A stretch of 64,000 nt of DNA from a virus (Duplodnaviria > Caudoviricetes), in IMG/VR virus record IMGVR_UViG_3300025150_000002, positions 64,001 through 128,000 of that record. The stretch is one strand, 5' to 3'. The first letter of the stretch is position 1; each line of letters starts with the position of its first letter. Under the pieces are notes generated by a model. The model was not told where the DNA came from. It did no database searches and was given only the letters and a program-made list of their open reading frames with translations. This document shows, one piece after another, positions 54,456-63,725 of the stretch. The translations under genes and the position numbers were made by a program.

Positions 54456-56087
54456 TTATACCCGAATAACCTGACGCTCTTGCAGGACTTTCTTTAGCAG
54501 GTCGTAGAACGTAGAGAGGAGCCCACTTACGTCCTGTACAACCACGGTGTTATCGTAGAAGCGCTTCACATCATCACCCCCAACGCCAATACCGAAAACG
54601 GTGATTCCAGCAGACTCGATTCGGCTAATCGAAGTTCGAAGATGAGCGGCCAGAACCTCATTGTTCTCTGGTTCTGAAGCCGGTGTCCCGTCTGAGAACA
54701 CCATGAGAACGGGTCGATCGCCGTGGTTGGGCTTGGAGAGCATTCGCTTTGCGGCCCACAACACAGCCTCACCATCAATGTTCTCGGAGCAATGCTCGAA
54801 GAGCGCAAGTGATAGAAAGTTCGCTCGACAGCTTCGGAACGGCCTGTTGTACGGCTTGATGACTAGGTGACTGAGTGCTCGCAGCCGATCAAACTCGGGC
54901 GCCGGAGCAGGAGTCCGCTTGGACGTCGTGAACGCGAGCACCTCGTTGGGGACCCCAATGGCGTCCAAGGTGGATGAGACAGCGGCGGCAGCCTGGGCCG
55001 CAACAAACAACCTGGTTCGGAAGACCAGCGGTTCTCCTGGAGTGGCCGGGTCTCGTGCTGGCCTCGTCATAGACGCCGAACAGTCAACGAGGATCGTCAC
55101 AATGGACCGATTGGACAATGTCGGTCGGCTTCTTTTGTGAATCCGGTCATCGCCAACCCCGTACCGCCACAACCTTCGGTCGTCTAGCCGTCCTCGGCGC
55201 TGAAACCGCTCAACACCGAGCCCAGTAGACCGGAATTGCATCATCAGACGACGACGAAGAATTGGTGCCGTCTTCCGAACCCCATCGAAGAACACCCCAT
55301 ATAGATTGTCGATGGGGAATGATGGCCGGCGAATCATGTCCGATCTGTCTTTATCTGTCTTAGCCCGGTAGGAGCCCGGCGTCTCACCTCGGCTGATCTG
55401 TTGTATGGACTGCTTACGCTCGGTGGCCGGGCTCACGACGAACTCGTCGAGCTCCCTGGCCGCCGCGTTTTCGATAGCTTCCCGTGACTTAGCCCGAGAC
55501 TTCTTGATCGGCTCCCAGCACCAGGTGTCTGCGACTTGTTTCGCAATCTTGACCACATCCATCGTCGATTTAGTGGCTTGAGCCGCCGTCGCGATCTCAC
55601 CGATCTCATCAAAGTAGGAGGATAGGTCTCCTCCCAGTTGTGTAATAGCGTCGGCCGGGTTGTAGCCATAGGCTACGAGGCTCAGGGCGCACAGCGCGCG
55701 CGACCGCCTGTTTAGCTCATCGTCCGACTTGTTCTCGGCAATCCGGGCCACCGCTCGACGATTCGATCGTTCGAGGTTCTCCCCACAACCAAGCCACTCG
55801 TTGCTGACGAGCCGCTCGATGCGCCCATCCTCGATAGCGTCAACTATCTTGCGGACCAGCTTGCGCTTGACCGACGAAAGTGCGCCCGGATCGGTATGCA
55901 GGATGTGCCCCAGCTCGTGATCGCAATCACTGCGCAGGTCCTCGATCGCTTCATCAGATAGCTGATCTGGAACGGGCCGCAAGTGAATGACCCTGTTAGT
56001 CAGGTCAGCCCACGGGGCGTCGGCATCGAATAAAACGGTTACATCAGTCCCGGACAACGTAGACGCAACAACCTCCTGCGCCGACAT
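54456..56087 (-). CDS. vWA (MIDAS) domain protein, CobT-like partner of the MoxR ATPase
   Basis: DHELGHILHT and DAIEDGRIE in the N-domain. LVDCSASM, AFTT, NIDGEAV, VFSDGTP in the vWA domain. Confidence 0.8.
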   Translation of the reverse strand: MSAQEVVASTLSGTDVTVLFDADAPWADLTNRVIHLRPVPDQLSDEAIEDLRSDCDHELGHILHTDPGALSSVKRKLVRKIVDAIEDGRIERLVSNEWLGCGENLERSNRRAVARIAENKSDDELNRRSRALCALSLVAYGYNPADAITQLGGDLSSYFDEIGEIATAAQATKSTMDVVKIAKQVADTWCWEPIKKSRAKSREAIENAAARELDEFVVSPATERKQSIQQISRGETPGSYRAKTDKDRSDMIRRPSFPIDNLYGVFFDGVRKTAPILRRRLMMQFRSTGLGVERFQRRGRLDDRRLWRYGVGDDRIHKRSRPTLSNRSIVTILVDCSASMTRPARDPATPGEPLVFRTRLFVAAQAAAAVSSTLDAIGVPNEVLAFTTSKRTPAPAPEFDRLRALSHLVIKPYNRPFRSCRANFLSLALFEHCSENIDGEAVLWAAKRMLSKPNHGDRPVLMVFSDGTPASEPENNEVLAAHLRTSISRIESAGITVFGIGVGGDDVKRFYDNTVVVQDVSGLLSTFYDLLKKVLQERQVIRV

Positions 56088-56113
56088 TAGGTGACCAGGA
56101 TTGATCGCGCGGT

Positions 56114-56668
56114 TCACCAGGTGTCCTCGTCCCCCCAGAAATCCCAATCGACCGTTGTGTGTACCGTCTTCTGGTTGTTACAGAGCTGGTCTGCCTCGTT
56201 GTTGTAAGTGGTGAAGTCGGAGTGATCCTTCTGGTGACCGCCGTGATGGATAAACTTGATCGATGTGAACTTCCGCTCATCGATGACCCGCCGAATCTCA
56301 GCAAGTGCGTCGGCTACATTATCGCTGTTCACGCGCCAGGCACCGGCCAGCCACGCTCCTGTGCCGATGTAGTCGTGGACTACGACAAGCGGGCGCTCTG
56401 GGTTCACGACGCTCAGCCCGATCAGCAGCGACCAAAGTTCGGGTCCGATGTTCGCGCTCTTCGCGTCACGGTGCTCAGCGATACGCGTGATCGTCTTGGC
56501 GAACGGGTCAAGGATCACCGCCGCATGCCAGCCGCTGGAGCTTCCGTCGATGAACATCCAGATGTTCGAGTGATCGAGCTTGCGATCCGCACGGAGCCGA
56601 AGCCAGTTTGTCTTGTATTTGACCTTCGCGGCCTTTTCGCTAGTGGTCTCTACGAACTTGATGATCAT
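56114..56668 (-). CDS. RNase H-like protein
   Basis: FIDGSS, PELWSL, VVHDY, HHGGH, and YNNEADQL motifs. Confidence 0.75.
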   Translation of the reverse strand: MIIKFVETTSEKAAKVKYKTNWLRLRADRKLDHSNIWMFIDGSSSGWHAAVILDPFAKTITRIAEHRDAKSANIGPELWSLLIGLSVVNPERPLVVVHDYIGTGAWLAGAWRVNSDNVADALAEIRRVIDERKFTSIKFIHHGGHQKDHSDFTTYNNEADQLCNNQKTVHTTVDWDFWGDEDTW

Positions 56669-56756
56669 TCTGGGCCGCCGAGGTCTTTGAGCTTCCTCTT
56701 GATCGCCTGCTTCTTGGCAGCGCTCAGCCGGTCGATGAACAGGGTGCCGTCGAACA

Positions 56757-57383
56757 TCATCTGGCCTCTTTTACCCGTCGAATGGCGTCACCGATGATCA
56801 GCATCTCATCAGGGGTGAATCGGTCACCCCTGGCGATGTTGCATTCAACACAACAACTAACTACATTATCCGATTCGTAACCACGCTTGTTATCTAGGCG
56901 ATCGAGGCCGATGCCGGCTTCCACATTGTTCGTCAACTTGCAGTAGTAGCACGGCGCTTGAACCAGCTCTTCGTATAGGTCTCGCTTCAATGCCCACTTT
57001 CTACCGGACCGCTGAGCGTTAGCTCTGACATAGTTAAATCGTCCACCACCACGCTTTGTCTTAGCAGCGGACTTTCTCTGCGACTCGCGTCGAGCTTCAG
57101 CGGACGCTTCCAGATAGTAGGAACCCTTTTCACTCTTGAGGTATCGCACTACCCCTCGTTTGTTTCTTTCGAGGTGATCCTTACACCTTGTCTTTCCCTC
57201 GACAGCAGCGGTATTACAGTCGTAGCAGATGCCTGATGCCCGACGTGCTCCTCGCGCGTCGACGTAGCGTTTGTGATAGGCGCGATGGTAGTCAAGGTGC
57301 TCTTGGCACCGTGCGTATCCGGAAACAGGTGGGCTTGTACAGTCCCTGCAGCGCTTCCGTCTACTCGTTCTTCCCTTCGCCAT
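56757..57383 (-). CDS. HNH-type endonuclease with N-terminal Cys/His repeats
   Basis: PCYYC..GLDRLDNKRGYESDNVVSCCVECN. Confidence 0.75.
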   Translation of the reverse strand: MAKGRTSRRKRCRDCTSPPVSGYARCQEHLDYHRAYHKRYVDARGARRASGICYDCNTAAVEGKTRCKDHLERNKRGVVRYLKSEKGSYYLEASAEARRESQRKSAAKTKRGGGRFNYVRANAQRSGRKWALKRDLYEELVQAPCYYCKLTNNVEAGIGLDRLDNKRGYESDNVVSCCVECNIARGDRFTPDEMLIIGDAIRRVKEAR

Positions 57384-57912
57384 GCTTTCTCCTCAGTCTG
57401 CGCAGCTTGCCTTTGATGGCATGCTTTCGAGCTGGAGAGAGCCTATCGATAAAGAGTGTACCCATCAAGTGATCGTATTCGTGCAGAAAGCACCGAGCGG
57501 GTAGCCCATCAAGCGAAAATTCGTTTGTCTCTCCGTCCGTGTTCATGCAGCGGATCTTGATTTCCCTTGGACGAACCACCTTTCCGGATATGCCCGGCAC
57601 CGAGAGACATGCCTCGTAGGCCTCGTTCGTGGACTTAGACCTTTCGATGATCTCAGGGTTCAGAAAAATCAGTCCGTCTCGTCTTTGACCGGAGAGGTTT
57701 ATTGCCAAGACCCGAGCGTGCCACGCAACCTGTGGCGCAGCCAGCCCAATACCTTTGGCCTCGTGCATGAGGTCCATAAGCGCGAGGCACTTTCGCCGGA
57801 TGTCGTCTGTTATCTCCGTTACGGGCTGGGACTTGATCCTCAGGCGCCTATCTGGGTAAGTGAGGATCTCCCACTCGTTACCACCCACAGCTGGGTCGCT
57901 CGTGTCGGTCAT
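57361..57912 (-). CDS. def: Peptide deformylase
   Basis: GIGLAAPQV, EACLSVPG, and HEYDHLMG motifs. Confidence 0.93.
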   Translation of the reverse strand: MTDTSDPAVGGNEWEILTYPDRRLRIKSQPVTEITDDIRRKCLALMDLMHEAKGIGLAAPQVAWHARVLAINLSGQRRDGLIFLNPEIIERSKSTNEAYEACLSVPGISGKVVRPREIKIRCMNTDGETNEFSLDGLPARCFLHEYDHLMGTLFIDRLSPARKHAIKGKLRRLRRKHGEGKNE

Positions 57913-59105
57913 TGCTTCCTTGCCGATGTGCCGTAGATCCGGTTCACGAAATCATCGATGTTCTGGAGATCCGAACTCGTCGCTCGGTTCTGAACCGCAA
58001 ACCTCCAGGCATCCTCAGGAGTAAACCCGGCCGCCACGTTGGAAGCAACGGCCAGAGTACGGCGCATTGTCATGCAGAGCATGATCTTGTCGTTAGCGAA
58101 CGCTCGTCGCAGCTCCGTGGCCGCCTTGATTATCAAGGCGGCTTTAGCCTTGGGCAGGCCTGTTCGCCTACACAGGATGAGCTGCTCGGTCTCGTGCGGG
58201 AGGTAGTCGACCTTGATGTAGTTCGGCCAACGATCGAGGAAGGCCTCGTCCTGGAACGCCCGGCCGTGGTGGATACCACGATCATCGCCACGTCCCTCGG
58301 TGTTCTGTGTTCCTACAGCTCGGAAGTTCCTATGAGGTACGATCACGCCCTCATACCCCATTCGAGCGATCCGCATGTCCTTACGGTCCAGGGCCCGATA
58401 GAGGGAGTAGCATGCCTCTGCTGGGGCCGCGTCAACTTCGTCGAGGAGAAGCCCGTAGCCCTTGCCGACAGCCTCGGCGCAGGATGATGGGGTGAACACC
58501 GTATTGCCATCGACCAGATCGATGGCCCCCTCGAAATCGTCGGCGGACATCGAAGGAGTGCAGGAGACGATCTCCAGTCGTTGATCCCTCTTAGAAAAGA
58601 GACGTTCGACAGCCTCGGTTTTCCCAGACCCAGAGGGTCCTATCAGGAGAACCGGTAACCCGCGCGCCACGAACGATTCCATATGGGGAAACCATTCCGG
58701 CTCTACATAGAAGCTCGGATCAACGACCCCTTCAGTCTCGGCGGGTAAAGCGCCAGGGATGGGCGAGAACGTCTGCCGATTGAGCGAGCCGTCTGCGGCA
58801 ACGTAGAACGCGACCCCGCGCCGGGCCGCAGCCCTCACGAAGTATGGATGAATGATCAGTCCGGCCAGATCGGCAATCGAGAGGAGCCGAACAGCATCCT
58901 CAGGAGAGATCGTGGACTTTCCATGATTGAGCAGCTTCGAGACGAGCTCGTTGCAGTGATCCGGGTCCAGTACGGACTCCGCGTTCCTGCGAACAAGTTC
59001 GTTGAGCACGCCGAACGGTGATGTGGCGAGACCAGCTAGACCCTCAGAGTCAGCCGTAAGCTGCTCCAGCAGATTGGTCGCCGGTCGTGCTCGGCTCTTA
59101 GACAT
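57909..59105 (-). CDS. MoxR/CobS-type AAA+ ATPase
   Basis: Walker A GPSGSGKT, Walker B LLLDEVD, FRAVGTQN, AFLDRW. Confidence 0.85.
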   Translation of the reverse strand: MSKSRARPATNLLEQLTADSEGLAGLATSPFGVLNELVRRNAESVLDPDHCNELVSKLLNHGKSTISPEDAVRLLSIADLAGLIIHPYFVRAAARRGVAFYVAADGSLNRQTFSPIPGALPAETEGVVDPSFYVEPEWFPHMESFVARGLPVLLIGPSGSGKTEAVERLFSKRDQRLEIVSCTPSMSADDFEGAIDLVDGNTVFTPSSCAEAVGKGYGLLLDEVDAAPAEACYSLYRALDRKDMRIARMGYEGVIVPHRNFRAVGTQNTEGRGDDRGIHHGRAFQDEAFLDRWPNYIKVDYLPHETEQLILCRRTGLPKAKAALIIKAATELRRAFANDKIMLCMTMRRTLAVASNVAAGFTPEDAWRFAVQNRATSSDLQNIDDFVNRIYGTSARKQ

Positions 59106-59178
59106 TCAATTCTCCGTACAGCTCATCCGCCGTAACTACTTATACCTGTAGCTGCAATCGATAGTTACGCTCGTAGGC

Positions 59179-59856
59179 ATGGGAAGGCGCAAGCGGCCGA
59201 TCTTCGAATTCACCATCTTGGATGCGATCCGACTCGCTGTATTGCCGGAAAAACACAGAACTTCCGCAATGGCCGCCCTGCTGATAACCATCGAAATCGA
59301 CATCCCTGTTCCGGTGGTGGGAGCGCGGCAGCTGGCCGCCTTTCTCACAACGACGCTCGACGATGCGAACGAGATGGTCTTGGACATCCTCGCAGAAGTC
59401 AGGCGTCAGCTCGACATCAGGATGGACCGTGCAGACAGCAGACTCCGGCTGAAAGCGGCGCTGGCCATGGGGTCTCAGGTTTCGGTTGCAGAGCGTGTCA
59501 ACAAGATAGGACCGCGCATTTTCGGACCATCGGACACCTGGACATCAATCGGTCGCGTATCGTCTAAGGTTGAAAGACCAACCTTCAATTGGATGCATCG
59601 GGTGAACCACTGCTTGGTAGCAGGAGTCGATGCCTCCATAGGTGCCGACTTGGTTACCGGTTTCGTCTACATGGCTCACCGAGGGGGCCCGTGTAGATTC
59701 GGCCGGCTGCCTCGTCAGGTGAAAACCATAGATGAACTGTGTCTCGTGCTCGGGCTTCACCCTCGACTGCTGGGGACGAAGCAAGTCAGGGTCGATTGGG
59801 CGCACCGGGCGTTCATCGTCGCCGAAACTAACCGTCTGCCGTGGGTTTATCCTTAG
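59179..59856 (+). CDS. Hypothetical protein
   Basis: 225-aa ORF, first of the divergent + strand block. Confidence 0.65.
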   Translation: MGRRKRPIFEFTILDAIRLAVLPEKHRTSAMAALLITIEIDIPVPVVGARQLAAFLTTTLDDANEMVLDILAEVRRQLDIRMDRADSRLRLKAALAMGSQVSVAERVNKIGPRIFGPSDTWTSIGRVSSKVERPTFNWMHRVNHCLVAGVDASIGADLVTGFVYMAHRGGPCRFGRLPRQVKTIDELCLVLGLHPRLLGTKQVRVDWAHRAFIVAETNRLPWVYP

Positions 59857-59875
59857 GGTATAACTGGAAGACAGT

Positions 59876-60235
59876 ATGAGCCTTAGAGACGATCTTCCAA
59901 AGCGGTCCATCACCAATGCGTTCCTGATTTGGCGTGTTCCTCGGACCATGCCGATCGAGCTGTCGATGTTGCTGAAGAACATCGCTGAGGACATTGAGAC
60001 TGCGAGCGAGGAGTGTAACTTCGACTATGCGTTCTTCTCGCGTCGCGAGAAGCCGGAGAGGTCCATCAAGTTCCTGCTTCAGCGAAACCTCCTGACGAGA
60101 GAGGGAGGCCTGATCTCTCGCAACGCAAGAACGAAGCGCTACGTGGACCGACTTCCCGCTGGCGTCGTCAAGCTCGTCGACAGGCTCCCGATCGGAGACC
60201 CGCTAACGCTACTTGCCGGGGCGGGCGACGAGTGA
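59876..60235 (+). CDS. Hypothetical protein
   Basis: 119 aa, overlaps the next gene by 4 nt. Confidence 0.65.
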   Translation: MSLRDDLPKRSITNAFLIWRVPRTMPIELSMLLKNIAEDIETASEECNFDYAFFSRREKPERSIKFLLQRNLLTREGGLISRNARTKRYVDRLPAGVVKLVDRLPIGDPLTLLAGAGDE

Positions 60236-60615
60236 CGGAGCTGAGTGTCTGCGAGCGCCACCTTCTGATGAAGGCAATGATCGTGCGACGAGTGCCGAAC
60301 GTGGTTTGGATAAAAAGCCAGTTGCTGATGGAGGCGCTTCAGGCCGACTACGAGTTGGTCCGGTCTAAAACTCCAGAGTATTACTACGCAGAGTGGAACT
60401 GGTGGATAAGCCGTGAGGTTGATGAGTGCATTGAGCAGGAGTTGATCTCAGACGGCATCAACAAGAAGACAGGCAAAGGGCCCACGAACCACGGATTCAC
60501 CAGAACAAGCTTGGGAAACACCTACCTCAGGACGCTAGAGCCTAGACTCGCTGAGGCCCTGGACTTTATGCCGATGTCGGATGTCGGTGTACTGGACTTC
60601 CTCAGCCTGATCTAG
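60232..60615 (+). CDS. Hypothetical protein
   Basis: 127 aa, ends VLDFLSLI. Confidence 0.65.
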   Translation: MTELSVCERHLLMKAMIVRRVPNVVWIKSQLLMEALQADYELVRSKTPEYYYAEWNWWISREVDECIEQELISDGINKKTGKGPTNHGFTRTSLGNTYLRTLEPRLAEALDFMPMSDVGVLDFLSLI

Positions 60616-60654
60616 GACCGAACATCAATCTCCGCAGGTATAAGCTCGTGGGAG

Positions 60655-61506
60655 GTGAGCGTGACCGACTCCAAACCACGTAAGCACAGGCTTTTCATTG
60701 TTGGCGGCAAGGGCAGGAACGTGCCGCCGTGGCTCTCTGCAGCCTTCGACTACGAACAGTTCGAACAGGATCACGCGAAGACCAGAACGCTAGAGCCTAG
60801 CGTCCGACCAGACGCGGTGGTTGTTCTTAGCTCGTGGGTGGGTCATGAACACTTCTACGGGGCGCGAGACCTCGCGGGGAGGCTGAGCATCCCCATGATC
60901 CTCTCACCTGGAGGGTGGTCTACATCACTAAAGGCGGCTGCTGACCTTGGCATCGAATGGTTCATCAAGGACATCGAGCGGGCGCGCACATCCGGCGGAC
61001 TACCAACCCCAACGGTCGAGGCGCTCGACGAGTTCGTCGACAACGCCTGGCGTGAGGCCTACAATCGAGAGTGGGCAGCCCGCGAGGCTCTCACCCAGCG
61101 TTACGCTAAGGAGCGTAAGCGATCAGAGCGCCTTGAGGCCGAGCTCACCAAGCTCAAGGTGACGGAGGCAGCCGCCCAACGTGTCATAGCCGAGATCCGC
61201 GCAGCGGCGGCCCTCCAGCGAGCTGAGATGGAGCGGCACAACGAAGAGGTCCAGCATCGCAGTGCCCGAGTAGCGGACGCGCTGGCCGAGCACATGAACA
61301 CTATGAAGGAGCTATTCGAGTCGGTCGACGAGACTCACGCAATGCTAGTCAAAACTACATCACATGTGCACGGCGTGAGAAACGACGCTCAGAGGAAGAT
61401 GGATTTCCTGAGGGCCGCACTCAAGGTCGCCGAAGAGGGCACCCCGTCTCGCATCGTAGCGACAGAGTCTCCTATATCTGCTTCCAATTTGGAGATGGGC
61501 TCGTAG
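60655..61506 (+). CDS. DUF2325-like domain plus long coiled coil
   Basis: GGAGG SD. LFIVGG..DAVVVLSSWVGH..IPMI followed by a heptad-rich helix. Confidence 0.55.
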   Translation: MSVTDSKPRKHRLFIVGGKGRNVPPWLSAAFDYEQFEQDHAKTRTLEPSVRPDAVVVLSSWVGHEHFYGARDLAGRLSIPMILSPGGWSTSLKAAADLGIEWFIKDIERARTSGGLPTPTVEALDEFVDNAWREAYNREWAAREALTQRYAKERKRSERLEAELTKLKVTEAAAQRVIAEIRAAAALQRAEMERHNEEVQHRSARVADALAEHMNTMKELFESVDETHAMLVKTTSHVHGVRNDAQRKMDFLRAALKVAEEGTPSRIVATESPISASNLEMGS

Positions 61507-61518
61507 AATACGAGCCCA

Positions 61519-62241
61519 GTGTCCGACCCCGGCGAACCTCCATACCTTCCTATCAGCTCAGCTATCTACTGCGGTGACGCTTTCAGGCTCATCAAGCAGG
61601 TGGAGCCAGGGTCTGTACGTCTGCTCTTAACGGACCCACCATACGAAATCAGCCAGGACAACAACCTACACACGATGGGCCGCCGGGGTATCGACTTCGG
61701 AACATGGGACCACGTGTTCGATCAGACCGGGTGGCTTGAGGACGCGGTACGCACCTTGATGAAGGGCGGGTCGTTGGTGGTCTTCAACGACTGGAAACTG
61801 CTCGGAATAATTGCGGCACACCTGCAGTCCCTCGGGATGGTGGTGAAGCGCCAACTTATATGGCGCAAATGTAATCCCATGCCACGCAACATCTTACGCG
61901 TTCCGGTTCAGGCTAGCGAGTTCGCTCTGTGGGCCGTGAAGCCAAAGGGTAGGTGGGTCTTCCACAAACGCCCAGACCGACCCTACGAGCGTGGCGAGTT
62001 CGACTACCCTGTAGTTCGTGGGTCGCCGCACCCGACGAAGAAACCTGATGGCCTGTTCCAAGACATCATTGAGATGTTCAGTGATGAGGGGGACCTTGTT
62101 CTGGACCCGTTCGCGGGTTCGGGCACAACGGCCGTCGCAGCTCAGCGCACGAGGAGACGCCACATCAGCTTCGAAAACGACCCTAACTACTACGACCTTG
62201 CTGTAGCAGCACTTGAAAAAGTGATTCCAGTCAAGCGGTAA
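61519..62241 (+). CDS. DNA methyltransferase (N4/N6, beta class)
   Basis: TDPPY precedes HPTKKP and VLDPFAGSGTT. Confidence 0.9.
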   Translation: MSDPGEPPYLPISSAIYCGDAFRLIKQVEPGSVRLLLTDPPYEISQDNNLHTMGRRGIDFGTWDHVFDQTGWLEDAVRTLMKGGSLVVFNDWKLLGIIAAHLQSLGMVVKRQLIWRKCNPMPRNILRVPVQASEFALWAVKPKGRWVFHKRPDRPYERGEFDYPVVRGSPHPTKKPDGLFQDIIEMFSDEGDLVLDPFAGSGTTAVAAQRTRRRHISFENDPNYYDLAVAALEKVIPVKR

Positions 62242-62267
62242 ACAGAGAATATGCAGGAGTGGTGACT

Positions 62268-62378
62268 GTGAGACACGGAGACCGACGGAAGACTCTTACT
62301 GCTCCAGAGTACGCAGCCTGGTCGGCCATGCGATCACGCTGTAGTGGCGTTGGTATTGGCGCATGGGAAGACGCATGA
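62268..62378 (+). pseudogene. Truncated N-terminus of a homing endonuclease
   Basis: RHG..APEYAAWSAMRSRC..GIGAW* matches the HG..EYxxWxxMxxRC..GI pattern of phage HNH nucleases. Stops after 36 aa. Confidence 0.6.
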
Positions 62379-63004
62379 TTCCCCCAGCAGCACACCTCAC
62401 CGGGGGCACCACCGGTAAGTTCATCGTCGTCGAAGGCAACATCGGGCCTGTTGACGACGGTATGGCGTCAATGTTACCTTCTCGTCTTCGGAGGTGGCAG
62501 ATGTCGCAAAGGCAGCGAAAGCCTTGGACCGAGGACCGTAAGCGCCAAGCGGTCGACCTCTACGAGACTGGCGTCTCAATGCATGCCGTGGCCAGAGCCA
62601 TGGTCACGTCGGTGCGCCATGTTCATCGTGTGCTGAACGAGCGCGGTGTGGTCAGGTCGAAGTCAGACCTTTACCGAGGAGACGGAAACCCGGCCTGGAA
62701 AGACGGTAGGCGCGTCGTTGGCGGCTATGTCTACCTCTACAGACCCGAGAGTCCGATGGCGACAGAGGCCGGCTACGTGGCTGAGCATCGGCTAGTCGTA
62801 TCTGAGTCTGTTGGTCGTCCTCTCAAGCGTGGTGAGGTCGTGCATCACAAGAATGGCGACAAGGCAGATAACCGACTGGAGAACTTGGAACTCTTTGCGT
62901 CGAACGCCGAGCATCTGCGTCACGAGCTAACGGGCCGGTGCCCGGAATGGACCGAAGACGGGAAGCGGCGCCTCCGAGAGGCGCGCAACAGAGGTCGGGG
63001 GTAG
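62375..63004 (+). CDS. HNH endonuclease fused in frame to an orphan deoxynucleoside kinase N-terminus; internal SD and ATG at 62501
   Basis: KFIVVEGNIG, then HTH, then YVAEHRLV..VHHKNGDKADNRLENL. Confidence 0.8.
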   Translation: MIPPAAHLTGGTTGKFIVVEGNIGPVDDGMASMLPSRLRRWQMSQRQRKPWTEDRKRQAVDLYETGVSMHAVARAMVTSVRHVHRVLNERGVVRSKSDLYRGDGNPAWKDGRRVVGGYVYLYRPESPMATEAGYVAEHRLVVSESVGRPLKRGEVVHHKNGDKADNRLENLELFASNAEHLRHELTGRCPEWTEDGKRRLREARNRGRG

Positions 63005-63009
63005 CAGCG

Positions 63010-63711
63010 ATGCCGATTGACATACCCGCTGCTTGCTCACATCTGAGCGACGCGCAGCGAGGCGCTTTCATAGTCGTAGAAGGGAATGTGGGGGTTGGCA
63101 AAAGCTCGTTCAGCGAATCACTGACTCGGCTTCGCGGCGAAGGTGCGCAGCTGTTCCCCGAGCCAGTTGATCGGCCCGCCTTCCGTGTGCTCCTCGACCG
63201 CTACTACAAAGAACCCGCACGCTGGGGATTCACGTTCCAGATGTACGCGCTCAAGGAGCGGTTCAAGCAGCACACCCTCGCAGCGGAACTTGTAGCCCAC
63301 GGGATCGACGTAGTCCAGGACAGGAGTATCTACGCTGACGGCTGCTTCGGTCGCCTCGTCCACCTCGACAAGAATATGACCGTAGAGGAGTGGGACATCT
63401 ACGCTGAGACCTTCGGCGCGCTCAAGCGCTTTCTGCGCTACCCCGATCTACTTGTCTACCTACGGGCCGATCCGGAGATTTGCCATGATCGAACCAAACG
63501 GCGAGGACGCAAGGAGGAGTCGGGTGTCCCTCTCGATTACCTGAGACGCCTGCACGACGAACACGAAGCCCTGGTGGATGCCATGAGTCGCTTCACTCGT
63601 GTAGTCACCTTCGACTGGAACGAGTTCCAGGAGGCTGATCTGGTCAATGGGAAAATCGACGAGGCGCTCAACGAAGAAGTGCGGTTCATGCGTGATTTCA
63701 CGCGACTGTAA
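63010..63711 (+). CDS. Deoxynucleoside kinase
   Basis: P-loop EGNVGVGKS, FPEPV, FQMYALKER, DRSIYAD, LVYLRA..KRRGRKEE..YLRRLH. Confidence 0.88.
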   Translation: MPIDIPAACSHLSDAQRGAFIVVEGNVGVGKSSFSESLTRLRGEGAQLFPEPVDRPAFRVLLDRYYKEPARWGFTFQMYALKERFKQHTLAAELVAHGIDVVQDRSIYADGCFGRLVHLDKNMTVEEWDIYAETFGALKRFLRYPDLLVYLRADPEICHDRTKRRGRKEESGVPLDYLRRLHDEHEALVDAMSRFTRVVTFDWNEFQEADLVNGKIDEALNEEVRFMRDFTRL

Positions 63712-63725
63712 GGCTGGAGGCACTG

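Noticed and set aside
54456-59105. Cobalamin biosynthesis (CobS/CobT) auxiliary metabolism
   Set aside because: No CobN or other cob genes. MoxR plus vWA pairs are common phage chaperone modules.
62446-63093. Intron between the two kinase N-termini
   Set aside because: No group I core (P/Q/R/S) or group II domain V is visible, and the downstream copy has a complete start of its own.
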